From assembly GCA_002269645.1 (NCBI GenBank), contig NIVC01000819.1, forward strand, positions 210,328-274,327: a stretch of DNA of 64,000 nt, given 5' to 3'. Under the pieces are notes generated by a model. The model made no database searches and had not been told where the DNA came from. It saw nothing but the letters and a program-made list of their open reading frames with translations. This DNA comes from Macrostomum lignano (taxonomy: Eukaryota). How positions within the stretch are numbered: the first letter of the stretch is position 1; each line of letters starts with the position of its first letter. The position numbers and the translations under genes were made by a program. Positions 11,367 to 21,585 of the stretch are shown piece after piece.

Positions 11367-14300
11367 GTGGACACAGGCGCCGAGGTAAGCATTTTCCCAG
11401 CCTCTGCAGATGATGCCCGCGCCCGTTCACCTGGCCCGCCGCTGTTCGCCGCGAACGGCACCCGCATCCGAACCTTCGGCGGCCGCAGCATCACACTGGA
11501 CGTCGGCCTGAAGACCTGCACCTGGCCATTCGTGTTGGCCGAGGTCTCCCGGCCGTTGATCGGCGCCGACTTCCTGCGCCACCACGGCCTGCTGGTGGAC
11601 CTGCCCAACCGCCGCCTTCTGGACGCCGCCTCCCTGGCCAGTGTGCAATTGCTGGCTGGCTCCGGTTCTGCGCCTCAGCTCGCCGCCGCGGTTGCCAGGG
11701 ACCCGTACAGCCGGCTGCTGGCGGAGTTCCCCAGCATCACGGAGCCCAGCTTCAGCAAAGCCACGCCGCGGCACGGCGTGGAGCACTACATACCGACGAC
11801 GGGCCCGCCGATGCATGCTAGAGCGCGCCGCCTGCCGCCCGACAAGCTGGCCGCGGCCAAGGAAGAGTTTCGCAACCTGGAGCAGCTCGGCATTGTGCGG
11901 CGGTCCAGCAGCCCCTGGTCCTCGCCGCTGCACATGGTGCCCAAGACTTCCGGCGGTTGGCGGCCCTGCGGCGATTTCCGGCGGCTCAATGACGCCACGG
12001 TGCCCGACCGCTACCCCGTGCCGCATATCCAGGATTGCTCAGCGCGCCTGAGCGGCTGCACAGTGTTCTCGAAGATCGACCTGGTGCGGGGCTACCACCA
12101 GATCCCGGTCGCGCAAACGGACATCCCGAAGACCGCCGTCATTACACCGTTTGGGTTGTTTGAGTTCCTCCGCATGCCGTTCGGGTTGAAAAATGCGGCA
12201 CAGGCCTTCCAGCGGTTAGTAGATTCGATATGCCAGGACCTGCCGGCCGTCTTCGCGTACATCGACGATTTCCTGGTCGCCAGCAGCAGCCCCGAGCAGC
12301 ACGAGGAGCACCTGCGGAAGCTGTTCCAGCGCCTCGCTGACAACGGCCTGTTGCTCAACCCAGCCAAGTGCCAGTTTGGCCGCAGCGAGATCGATTTCCT
12401 CGGCCACAGGATCAGCGCTGCGGGCGCCATGCCGCTGCCGGACAAGGTCGACGCAGTCGCCAGGTTCGCGCCGCCCACGACGGTGAAGGGTCTCCAGGAG
12501 TTTGCCGGGATGGTGAACTTCTATCACCGCTTCGTGCCCCGCGCAGCCCGTTTGCTGCGCCCGATCTACCAGGCCATGGCCGGCAAGGAGAAGCTGGTGC
12601 GGTGGACGCCGGAGCTGACCGAGGCCTTCGACAAGACCAAGCAGGCGCTGGCCGACGCGATCATGCTGGCGCACCCCAGGCCCGACGCGCCGCTGGCCCT
12701 CACCGTAGATGCTTCTGACACCGCCGTGGGCGCCGTCCTCGAGCAGCGTGTCGGCCCCGCCTGGCAGCCGCTCGCATTCTTCAGCCGGCAGTTGCGACCT
12801 GCGGAGGTAAAGTACAGTGCCTTCGACCGCGAGCTCCTGGCACTGTACCTAGCGGTCCGCCACTTCCGTTACCTCCTTCAGGGGCGCCACTTCACAGCCT
12901 ACACGGACCACAAGCCGTTGGCCGCCGCCATGGCCAAGCTGTCCGACCCGTGGTCCGCTCGGCGGCAGCGGCACCTGGCGTACGTGAGCGAATTCACCAC
13001 GGACGTCCAGCACATCGCCGGCAAAAACAATCCGGTGGCCGACGCGCTGTCCCGCTGCACCGTGGCCAGCGTGCTACCCGGCATCGATTTTGCCGCGATG
13101 TCGCAGGCCCAACATGCCCCGACCGAGTTGCCGCCGCCCGGCTCCGGCCTCCGACTAGAGCGCGTGACCCTCCGCCCAGGCCTGGAGCTGCTCTGCGACG
13201 TCTCCACCGGCCACCCCCGCCCGCTGGTGCCGCCCGAATTCCGACGGCCGGTGTTCGACGCCATCCACGGCCTCGCGCACCCATCAATCCGCAGCTCCCG
13301 CCGCCTCGTTGCAGACCGTTTCGTCTGGCCCGGCCTCAACCGCAACGTCGGCCGTTGGGCTCGCAGCTGCCTCGCCTGCCAGACGACTAAGGTCCAGCAG
13401 CATGTTGTCAGCCCGCCAGACAGCATCCCGGTGCCCCGCGACCGCTTCGCGCACGTGCACATCGACCTGGTGGGCCCGCTTCCGCACTCTCAAGGGTGCT
13501 CGCACCTGCTGACCGTTGTCGACCGGTTCACGTGTTGGCCGGAAGCAATTCCGCTGGCAGACACGTCCGCCGCTACCTGTGCGGCCGCATTCGCGCACTG
13601 GATTGCCCGTTTCGGTGTGCCAAGCGACCTCACGTCAGACCGCGGCCCGCAGTTCACCTCGGAGCTGTGGTCCAACGTGTCCCGCTTGCTTGGCACGCAG
13701 CTGCACCAGACGACGGCCTTCCACCCACAGGCCAACGGGCTTGTGGAGCGGTTCCACCGGCAGCTCAAGGCTTCCCTGATGGCGCGGCTGACGGGGCCGT
13801 CCTGGACTGCCGAGCTGCCCTGGGTGTTGCTCGGCATCCGCACCGCTCCCAAGGAGGATCTCGGCACGTCATCGGCGGAGTTGGTGTACGGAGTCCCACT
13901 GGCGGTGCCGGGCGAGTGTCTGCAGGCCAGCTCGCCTACGGGCCATGACGGGTTCCTCACGCGCCTGCGCCAGGCCGTGCAGGCTTTCCGCCCGCCACCG
14001 ACCTCCCAGCATGGCCGCCGCCCCACCGCCCTGCCTGCTGTCTTGGACACCTGCACGCACGTCTTCGTCCGCCGCGACGGGCACCGACCGGCGCTGCAAC
14101 CGCCTTATCTAGGTCCCTTCAAGGTGCTGGAGCGCGGCGCTAAGGCTTTCCTCCTCGACCTCGTCACTAGGCGGGACTTCGTGTCGGTGGACCGGCTCAA
14201 GCCAGCGGCGCTTGACCCTGCCAGCCCGGTTTCGACGCCTCAAATTCGGCCAAGGGGGCGGCCGCGCGAGCCCACCGTCCCGGGCGCCGCGACGGCCGAA

Positions 14301-14426
14301 CCGCTGCGCCGCCGCCCGCCGCGGCGCCGCCAGCCACACCGCCGTTGCCGTCGAGTACCGGAGGCCACCGCTGGGGGGGAGCCGTGTGGCGGACAAGTGC
14401 AAGCACACCTGAAGACGGCCGTTTAG
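11367..14426 (+). CDS. pol polyprotein (PR-RT-RNase H-integrase-GPY/F), open over 1019 codons
   Basis: DTGA protease; RT LRMPFGL and YIDD; RNase H DAS...[10 protein letters not shown]...TDH; integrase H...H...[25 protein letters not shown]; YLGPF. Confidence 0.96.
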   Translation: MDTGAEVSIFPASADDARARSPGPPLFAANGTRIRTFGGRSITLDVGLKTCTWPFVLAEVSRPLIGADFLRHHGLLVDLPNRRLLDAASLASVQLLAGSGSAPQLAAAVARDPYSRLLAEFPSITEPSFSKATPRHGVEHYIPTTGPPMHARARRLPPDKLAAAKEEFRNLEQLGIVRRSSSPWSSPLHMVPKTSGGWRPCGDFRRLNDATVPDRYPVPHIQDCSARLSGCTVFSKIDLVRGYHQIPVAQTDIPKTAVITPFGLFEFLRMPFGLKNAAQAFQRLVDSICQDLPAVFAYIDDFLVASSSPEQHEEHLRKLFQRLADNGLLLNPAKCQFGRSEIDFLGHRISAAGAMPLPDKVDAVARFAPPTTVKGLQEFAGMVNFYHRFVPRAARLLRPIYQAMAGKEKLVRWTPELTEAFDKTKQALADAIMLAHPRPDAPLALTVDASDTAVGAVLEQRVGPAWQPLAFFSRQLRPAEVKYSAFDRELLALYLAVRHFRYLLQGRHFTAYTDHKPLAAAMAKLSDPWSARRQRHLAYVSEFTTDVQHIAGKNNPVADALSRCTVASVLPGIDFAAMSQAQHAPTELPPPGSGLRLERVTLRPGLELLCDVSTGHPRPLVPPEFRRPVFDAIHGLAHPSIRSSRRLVADRFVWPGLNRNVGRWARSCLACQTTKVQQHVVSPPDSIPVPRDRFAHVHIDLVGPLPHSQGCSHLLTVVDRFTCWPEAIPLADTSAATCAAAFAHWIARFGVPSDLTSDRGPQFTSELWSNVSRLLGTQLHQTTAFHPQANGLVERFHRQLKASLMARLTGPSWTAELPWVLLGIRTAPKEDLGTSSAELVYGVPLAVPGECLQASSPTGHDGFLTRLRQAVQAFRPPPTSQHGRRPTALPAVLDTCTHVFVRRDGHRPALQPPYLGPFKVLERGAKAFLLDLVTRRDFVSVDRLKPAALDPASPVSTPQIRPRGRPREPTVPGAATAEPLRRRPPRRRQPHRRCRRVPEATAGGEPCGGQVQAHLKTAV

Positions 14427-14651
14427 ATGCCCTCGCGCTCCCTGCTCATCACGCCGCGTCTATGCGCCACCAACCCCCGAGATTAGGGGTGGTGGTTCGC
14501 CCACCCAGCCTGAACTACGTGGGGGTTGGGGTTGACTGACTAACTAGCGCGTTGGCCTATTTAACCTGATTGTGCGCAGACGCTTGTAAGAACCTTTTGC
14601 TCTCCGCAAATACAATTTCAAGTCTGCACGCAGTAGCTACTGCCCGCTTCA

Positions 14652-15480
14652 AACCCGAAATATCATAAACCCGAAATATCACAAACCCGAAATATCACAA
14701 ACCCGAAATATCACAAACCCGAAATATCGCAAACCCGAAATATCACAAACCCGAAATATCACAAACCCGAAATATCACAAACCCGAAATATCACAAACCC
14801 GAAATATCACAAACCCGAAATATCACAAACCCGAAATATCACAAACCCGAAATATCACAAACCCGAAATATCACAAACCCGAAATATCACAAACCCGAAA
14901 TATCACAAACACGAAATATCACAAACCCGAAATATCACAAACCCGAAATATCACAAACCCGAAATATCACAAACCCGAAATATCACAAACACGAAATATC
15001 ACAAACCCGAAATATCACAAACCCGAAATATCACAAACCCGAAATATCACAAACCCGAAATATCACAAACCCGAAGTATCACAAACCCGAAATATCACAA
15101 ACCCGAAATATCACAAACCCGAAATATCACAAACCCGAAATATCACAAACCCGAAATATCACAAACCCGAAGTATCACAAACCCGAAATATCACAAACCC
15201 GAAATATCACAAACCCGAAATATCACAAACCCGAAATATCACAAACCCGAAATATCACAAACCCGAAATATCACAAACCCGAAATATCACAAACCCGAAA
15301 TATCACAAACCCGAAATATCACAAACCCGAAATATCACAAACCCGAAATATCACAAACCCGAAATATCATAAACCCGAAATATCATAAACCCGAAATATC
15401 ACAAACCCGAAATATCACAAACCCGAAATATCACAAACCCGAAATATCACAAACCCGAAATATCATAAACCCGAAATATC
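14652..15480. repeat. 16-bp satellite (AAACCCGAAATATCAC)n, right half
   Basis: About 52 units, in register with the left half once the LTR element and one TSD are removed. Confidence 0.97.
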
Positions 15481-15494
15481 AGGTTGTTTTGGGC

Positions 15495-16560
15495 CGCCTC
15501 AGGTGGATTTACACTGCCATTGTTAGACCGGCCATCTCCTTTGCCGGCTACATTTGGAACAGTGCCCTAGAGGTGAAAGGGCTTCTTGAAGCTCCTAATA
15601 GGGTGCAAGGCCGCGCTTCTTGAGCTATCATGAGCGCGACTCCCTCTACGCCCTTTGCTGGCATGAACTCCTTTCTGGACCTTCCCGGTGACCTCTTTGT
15701 CAGAGGGGCGGCAGTAAAGACCACCCGCCGTCTGCTCGACGTGGGTGGCCCTCATCCAGAAGCAGTTCACCTTTAGAAAGCGGAACCTCCGGCTAAAGCT
15801 AGTCACAGAATAGCGTGAAGGCATAGAGGGGGCGTACACTACAGGGTCCCAAATCAACTCCGCCTCTGACTACGGCTACTGCATCGTATCTGGAGGGAGA
15901 ACTGCGGCGACCTTCTCCCAGCACACCGCGGCACCTGCTCCACCGTTTCTCAGAACGAAGTTCTCGCCATCAGCTCCTGCGCCATAGAGATGTACAATCA
16001 GTGTGTCTGAGGGAAGGAGATTACCCTCCACTCAAACATTCAGTGGCGATCAACGCGCTCGGATCAACCAGTGGGTGGCTTCAAAGCACAGGGAGATGTG
16101 GACGAATGCCCCCGACTGCCAGAAATCTCCCCTGTCCTTCCCCCGCCCTCCACAGCACCCTGCTTGGACTCAGCCGCAGGGACATCAGGGCGGTGCCCAT
16201 GGCTCTCTCGGTCATTGCTGTTTTGCCAGGCATCGCCACCTCCAGGAAAAAATCCGTAGCGAAGAATGCCCTTTCTGCGTCTCCGGTGTCGAGAATGCGG
16301 AGCACTTCATCTGTGAATGCCCCGCCTTTACTCAGGACAGGCTCGCCTACCTCGGCCCAAAACCGGACCTCTCCGAGGTTTTTAGGCCCGAGAATCTCCT
16401 CCGAGAATCGCGGAGGGGGACCGCGCTGCGGACACCGGCACCACCGGATCTCCCTGCGCGACACCGCAGCACCAGCTGCCCGTGGTCGCCAAGGGGTTAG
16501 GGGAATCGCCACCCCGCTGTGTCCGGATGCCCGGAGCGCCCTGCAGCTGAGTCAAGAAGT
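15495..16560 (+). mobile_element. 5'-truncated, degenerate non-LTR retrotransposon (R1/LOA/I-like 3' end)
   Basis: RWIYTAIVRPAISFAGYIW...MSATPSTPFAGMNSFLDLP (post-RT region), then GHCCFARH...CPFC...ENAEHFICECP (C-terminal CCHC knuckle); frameshifted. Confidence 0.8.
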
Positions 16561-16816
16561 GCTAGCTAAGGCCGGCAGGGTCAGAGAGAGCCGTGAGAAG
16601 TAAAAAAGTAATCAGCAAAATTCAGAATTCAACCGGAGGCCAAGTTGATACGAGTAACAAGTTTCCTGTGCTGGCCTGAAATTTCTTGCCCTACTGATAA
16701 GACGGCCGATATGAATAGGCTGTCAGTTCGGAAGTTGCTTTTCCTTCCTTTAAAAGACTCAACTTTTACCAAGCCAAATTGACTGATTCTTCGAAAGAAA
16801 ACCAACAGAAGCGACT

Positions 16817-18850
16817 ATGGCCCGGTTCTCTCTGCTTTCAGTGATTCTCCTGCACCTGGTGGTTGTCTCCATGCAGCAGGGCGACGATGAGACTCTCGGT
16901 GAGTTGCCGTTGTCCGGCCTTCGGTGCTACTTGTGATCTGGGCTATCGCCACCTTCACACGACCTGGCGTATTTTGATTTCATAAGTTCAAGAAGCTAAA
17001 ATTAAATCTAGTTTAAGCTTAATTTTGGCCTCTAGTAATGCTTTTAATCAGATCGACTAACTTGTAAAATACCTCTGTAAGGCTCATAACTAACTTATAA
17101 TGCTCAGGCATTGAGAAGTCAAGCAGTGGCTAATAGAGACAGTGAGAAGCCATATCTTAAACCACTGCAGCGCTGCAAAATCTTCAGACAACATTTTAAG
17201 CTACTAGCAGGTAATACGAGCGCATAAAACATGCACGTTGCTGAACCCCCCGCAATCCGCAGACATTCGACAGAGGCTCTGCAGCATCTCGGTGTCGATG
17301 ATCAACGACCAGATCGAAAGAGAGTTCAGCGCCATGTACCTCTACGAGACTGTGGTAAGTCTTTTTCCTGACCCCACGCATTGCCAAGGTCTCCACCCAA
17401 CGACCTTAATTCGTGCTAAACTCTGCACAGCGTCTTACTCAGGGAGTACGAGCGTACCTTGAGCTCACGCCCACCCTCTAACTTGCTCAGAGTTTATGGA
17501 AACTTTTCTATCAATAATTTTGTTAAAACAAACTCTTAGCCATCGTGTGAAACTCTATCCGTTGAACCCCCGCTTTTAACCTCAGTTTCATTCAATCCGA
17601 ATTCCTAGCTCAAATTAAAAACGCAAGTTCGCCGACCGCCACGCCCGCAGGCCAACTACTTCGGCGGGCCCAGCGTCGGTCTTCCCTGCATCAAGAATTT
17701 TTTCAAGAAGGCCGCCGACAAGCAGCGAGAGCGCGCGCACAAACTGATCGACTACCTCATCATGCGGGGCGGCCACGTCAGGCTGAAGCTGATTATTGTG
17801 AGTGCTTGTTCACCAAGCCACTTCACACCTGGTCACCTAACACCTGGTCACCTAACACCTGATCACCTAACACCTGGTAACCTAACACCTGGTAACCTAA
17901 CACCTGGTCACCTAACACCTGGTAACCTAACACCTGATCCCCTTGTCACCTGATCCCTGGTCACCTGATCCCCTGGTCACCTGATACCCTGGTCACCTGA
18001 TCCCCAGGGTTAACTGACCCCCTGGTCACCTGATCCACTGATCACTTGATCCTCTGATCCCAGTTCCCGGTTATTAGAACAGTTTTATATTTATTTTTCA
18101 AACTACAGCTTAAAGCTTCAATGTAGCCCCATAAACGTATCTTTGTGGCAGCCTCCTGGCAAGTTTGACTGGTCCTCCGCCCTTGCTGCAGCCAAGATGG
18201 CTCTTGACGTCGAGAGGAACATCACACAGGAGTTGTACAGACTGCGAGATCGGGCCGTCGACATGGGGAGCGACCCGCATGTAAGCCTTACTGTAGATGG
18301 CCGCTCTGATTGGGTACTGAACTAGTCTGTCAAATATTGAGTGCATTTCTGTCAAATCGATAAATTCATTCTCATGTATTTGGGGCTTTCTATGCTTCAC
18401 GCATAGTTCTAATGCCAACAAAACACCAGCCAAAATGCTACGCTGTGAGGCACCTCGCTGATTGGCTGGCTGGCTCAGCCCCAGCTGACTCACCCCCAAC
18501 CTCCGCCCCGAACTCCCTACCACCAGCCAGCCAATCATCAGCGTCAGTATTTTTTCAAGAGACTATTATCCATATACTAAAATATACTAAAAATTCTATC
18601 TAAGTCTTCCATTTGCTACAAAAATGCTCACCTTCAGCATAACAGAAAATAACTGTATATGTCTCTATGTCTACGTGCACTCTACAAAATTGATACTCGA
18701 GTCTTGAAATTTCAGCTGGTGGGCTTCATCGAGTCCGAGTTCCTGACCGAGCAGGTGACGGGCATCCGGGATCTGCGGAAACTCATTGCTCGCCTGTCTA
18801 GGGCTGGCAGCGGCCTTGGCGGGCTCATTGTGGATAAGGAGCTCAACTAG
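16817..18850 (+). CDS. Secreted ferritin copy 2, ferroxidase-degenerate (194 aa)
   Basis: Exons 16817-16898, 17263-17354, 17651-17797, 18152-18280 and 18716-18850; open frame and all GT-AG sites kept. Helix B reads ADKQRERAHKL; three-fold channel segment reads DPHLVGFIE. Confidence 0.93.
17820..18060. repeat. GGTCACCTAACACCT / CCTGGTCACCTGATC repeats in ferritin 2 intron 3
   Basis: Shorter homologue of the 5330-5930 array. Confidence 0.88.
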
Positions 18851-19084
18851 AGACTGCGGAGAGGTCGGAGAGGACCGACGCGATGTCATGCGTGTAGCTG
18901 ACTTGCCTGACTGCAGGACCAGCATTATGACGCTCAAGCTGGGTTTCAGATTATCGATGACTCCATTTTCTGATACCAGCGCTATAATTACGAATTATAG
19001 TATCGTATAGTATCGTTATCCGAATTCCCTGGTCACTTAACACCTGATCAATCTTGTCCAACGGCACCTATGGTCATCTTGTAC

Positions 19085-19250
19085 TACTGGCGCCACACGA
19101 AAGACCCACATGAGCAAGCGTGACAGCAACACGCCGAAGCGGAAATATTCATGTGTAGGATGCCAACCTCGCTTGGTTTCGGGCACGCCTGTCGTCAACA
19201 GGTCGGCGCTCGCTTGCCTGCCCGTGCTTGGTCCTGCAGCTGCATGGCCG
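19085..19250 (+). repeat. Dispersed repeat, second copy at about 26716-26895
   Basis: Both start TGGCGCCACACGAAAG and share CACGCCGA(A)GCGGAAATA...TAGGATGCCAA...TTGGTTTCG...GTCGGCGCTCGC. Confidence 0.75.
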
Positions 19251-19939
19251 CCGCTGCAGTAAAGTGCATGCGGTTTTTACTGTATTTTGTCTTGATCAAT
19301 TGATAAAGATAAATTTAAGTTTGCACCTGTTTGTAAATAATTTTTCAAATTGGTTCAGTTTTCTATTAGCAAAAACCATGAATGAAATAATCCAGGCAGC
19401 AACAGTCCAAACCGTCACTCTAGACCAAGATGTCAAGGGGGGAAATGGCTGAGATGTCGGTCAGAAGCTACATGTAGTTTATTGAATTTTCATATTCCAT
19501 TCTTCGTTGCCGAGTTTGAGGACGAAAGACGTCAGACTGTTGGGGCGGCGCTGATTGCTACATGTAGTTTTCATTCTGAAACGCAGGTATCCGGCTGAAG
19601 TGATACATTTTTGGCTCAACAAATTGATTGAAGGATAGCCGATCCCCTCCCTGCAACAGACTGAAGCTATCAGTTCGCCGGAACAAAAGAACCTTACAAC
19701 GAAATTGAGCTAATCGAGCTTCTTATTTAAACACCCCCTTCATATTATAGCTCATATTCTCTGTTAGCATAACCGAGATTGTTAACATCAAATACAGTGG
19801 CCTCTAAATTAACATTCCTTGTGATTGCATCGTCAGGAAAAGTTTGTAGAATCTGCCGCCTTAGTTATTTGTCCCTCTAACTGATAAAAGAAGCTATTCA
19901 TTCACAGAGCCGTAGTAGTGAGAGTCCAGAAGACGTAGG

Positions 19940-21100
19940 ACACCCCCATAATAAAATATTTCAGCTTCTTCACCAGCGGGGCTGAAACCGCTCCCTCTTC
20001 TTGACAAGCCGCCCCTGGTTGGTAGAGCTCTCAGTGTTGGCAGTAAGTGCCGGCTGCTCAGGCGCCGGCTGATTGCCGAGATGCAGTGCAGCCCCAATGT
20101 CGGAAATGCTCTCAGTGTCTCCCAGGTCACTTTCGAAGAAAGAAACGCCGAACTTGCGAAGCCAGATGAAGCGCCGAAAAGCCTTGCAGCTGTCCGGTTT
20201 CCGTGCGCACCCAGTACAAGCTCGGACAGTCGCCCACCCTAGCTTTCCATCTCAGCAGCCACAGAGTCCCAGCGACCACGCTGAAGCCAGACTGGCTGGC
20301 CCGCTGTCAGATGCTAAGCGGACGTGCACCGCAGTTGTACATTTGTACTGCTCGGATCCGCTCTTTCTAAAATGCTTCGATGCTGTCGTGGACGTCAGCC
20401 TCTCGAGGTCGCAGCAGGCCCTGCACAGTTGTGGGCAGGTCGCATCCAAGCTTTCGGCCGAAGGCCACCCCAGCCGGACTTGGGAAGCCGCTGCCCGACA
20501 GGAGTGTTCCGGTAGTGCAGGAGTGCCGTCTCCAGGCTTTGGCCAGTCTCCTTGCACTTCTTCATCCGATCCTTCGCTGTTTGCACTTACCGCTCTGCTC
20601 TGCCGTTCGACTACGGATACGGTGGGCTTGGTGTCCTGTGCTCGACTAAACCTCGTAATCAGTTGACGGAGCGCCAGGTCCGAGAAGCCGTCGCTGATAA
20701 GCTTCTCATGCACACCGAAGTTCTGCAAGTGGTCCTGCAGTACTTGCACTACAACCAGGCTGTACACCAGGTAGGAGGCGCCGCTGTACTCAAATAGATC
20801 AGACGAGTAGATTTAGAAGGGGAAGTCGGAATCTCCACGGACGTCAGAGCCTCTTTTGGCTGCGTCTTCATGTTCCGCTGGCAGACTTCGAACTGGCTGA
20901 CTGTGCGCTCGATGCAGTTGTGCATGCCAGGCCATGGTAGAAGTAATCCCTGGCATTCAGGCCCATCTTCACGATGCCAGGGTGCCCCGCGTGCAGGATG
21001 TTGAGGATGGAATTCCTGGTGCTGTCTTCGCGCACGTAGATGCTGTCTTTCAGACATAGAAGCCCTGAAACGAACGTCAGATCGCACCGGAGATCCTAGA
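19940..21100 (-). mobile_element. Degenerate Gypsy integrase relic
   Basis: Minus-strand fragments ILNILHAGHPGIVKM, WPGMHNCIERTVSQFEVCQ (zinc-finger region), FGVHEKLISDG, VVERQ and ALLHYRNTP; multiple frameshifts. Confidence 0.8.
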
Positions 21101-21114
21101 ACGAGACAGACAAC

Positions 21115-21305
21115 TAGACACGAGAATCAGTGTGAGCAGAGTTCATTAGACACGAGAATCAGTGTGAGCTGAGCTCATTAGACACGAGAATCAGTGTGAG
21201 CTGAGCTCATTAGACACGAGAATCAGTGTGAGCTGAGCTCATTAGACACGAGAATCAGTGTGAGCTGAGCTCAATAGACACGAGTATTAGTCTGAGCTGA
21301 GCTCA
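21115..21305. repeat. 32-bp minisatellite, short copy upstream of ferritin 3
   Basis: About 6 units of the 2525-3435 unit. Confidence 0.93.
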
Positions 21306-21585
21306 TCGCATGCAAAGGTGTAGCTAGGTGAGGCCGGCTGGGTCAGAGAGCCGTGAGAAGTAAAAAAGTTATCAGCAAAATGCAAGCAAGAATTCAACCA
21401 GACGCCAAGTTGATAACAGGTTCCTCTGCTGGCCTGGAATCTCTTGCCCTACTGATAAGACGGCCGATACGCTTGAATCTGAATGGGCTGTCACTTCAGA
21501 AGTTGTCAGCTTACTTCCTTAAAAAGGCTCAATTTTGGCCGTGCTAAGTTGACTGATTCTTTGACACAAACCAACAGAAGCGACA

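Larger units (their letters stand above)
10343..14651 (+). mobile_element. Full-length Ty3/Gypsy LTR retrotransposon, CsRn1 clade
   Basis: 267-bp LTRs (10343-10609 and 14385-14651, TG...CA, 5 mismatches by eye). 4-bp TSD AACC. PBS TGGTGAGCCCGAC is tRNA-Trp-like with one mismatch. PPT GGGGGGAG. Gag has the CsRn1-type C-x2-H-x9-C-x3-C motif. Confidence 0.96.

Noticed and set aside
11231-14408. Many antisense and alternate-frame ORFs over pol (also 34364-37698); possible env
   Set aside because: Expected shadow ORFs in GC-rich coding DNA; no space or TM-containing ORF between integrase and the 3' LTR.
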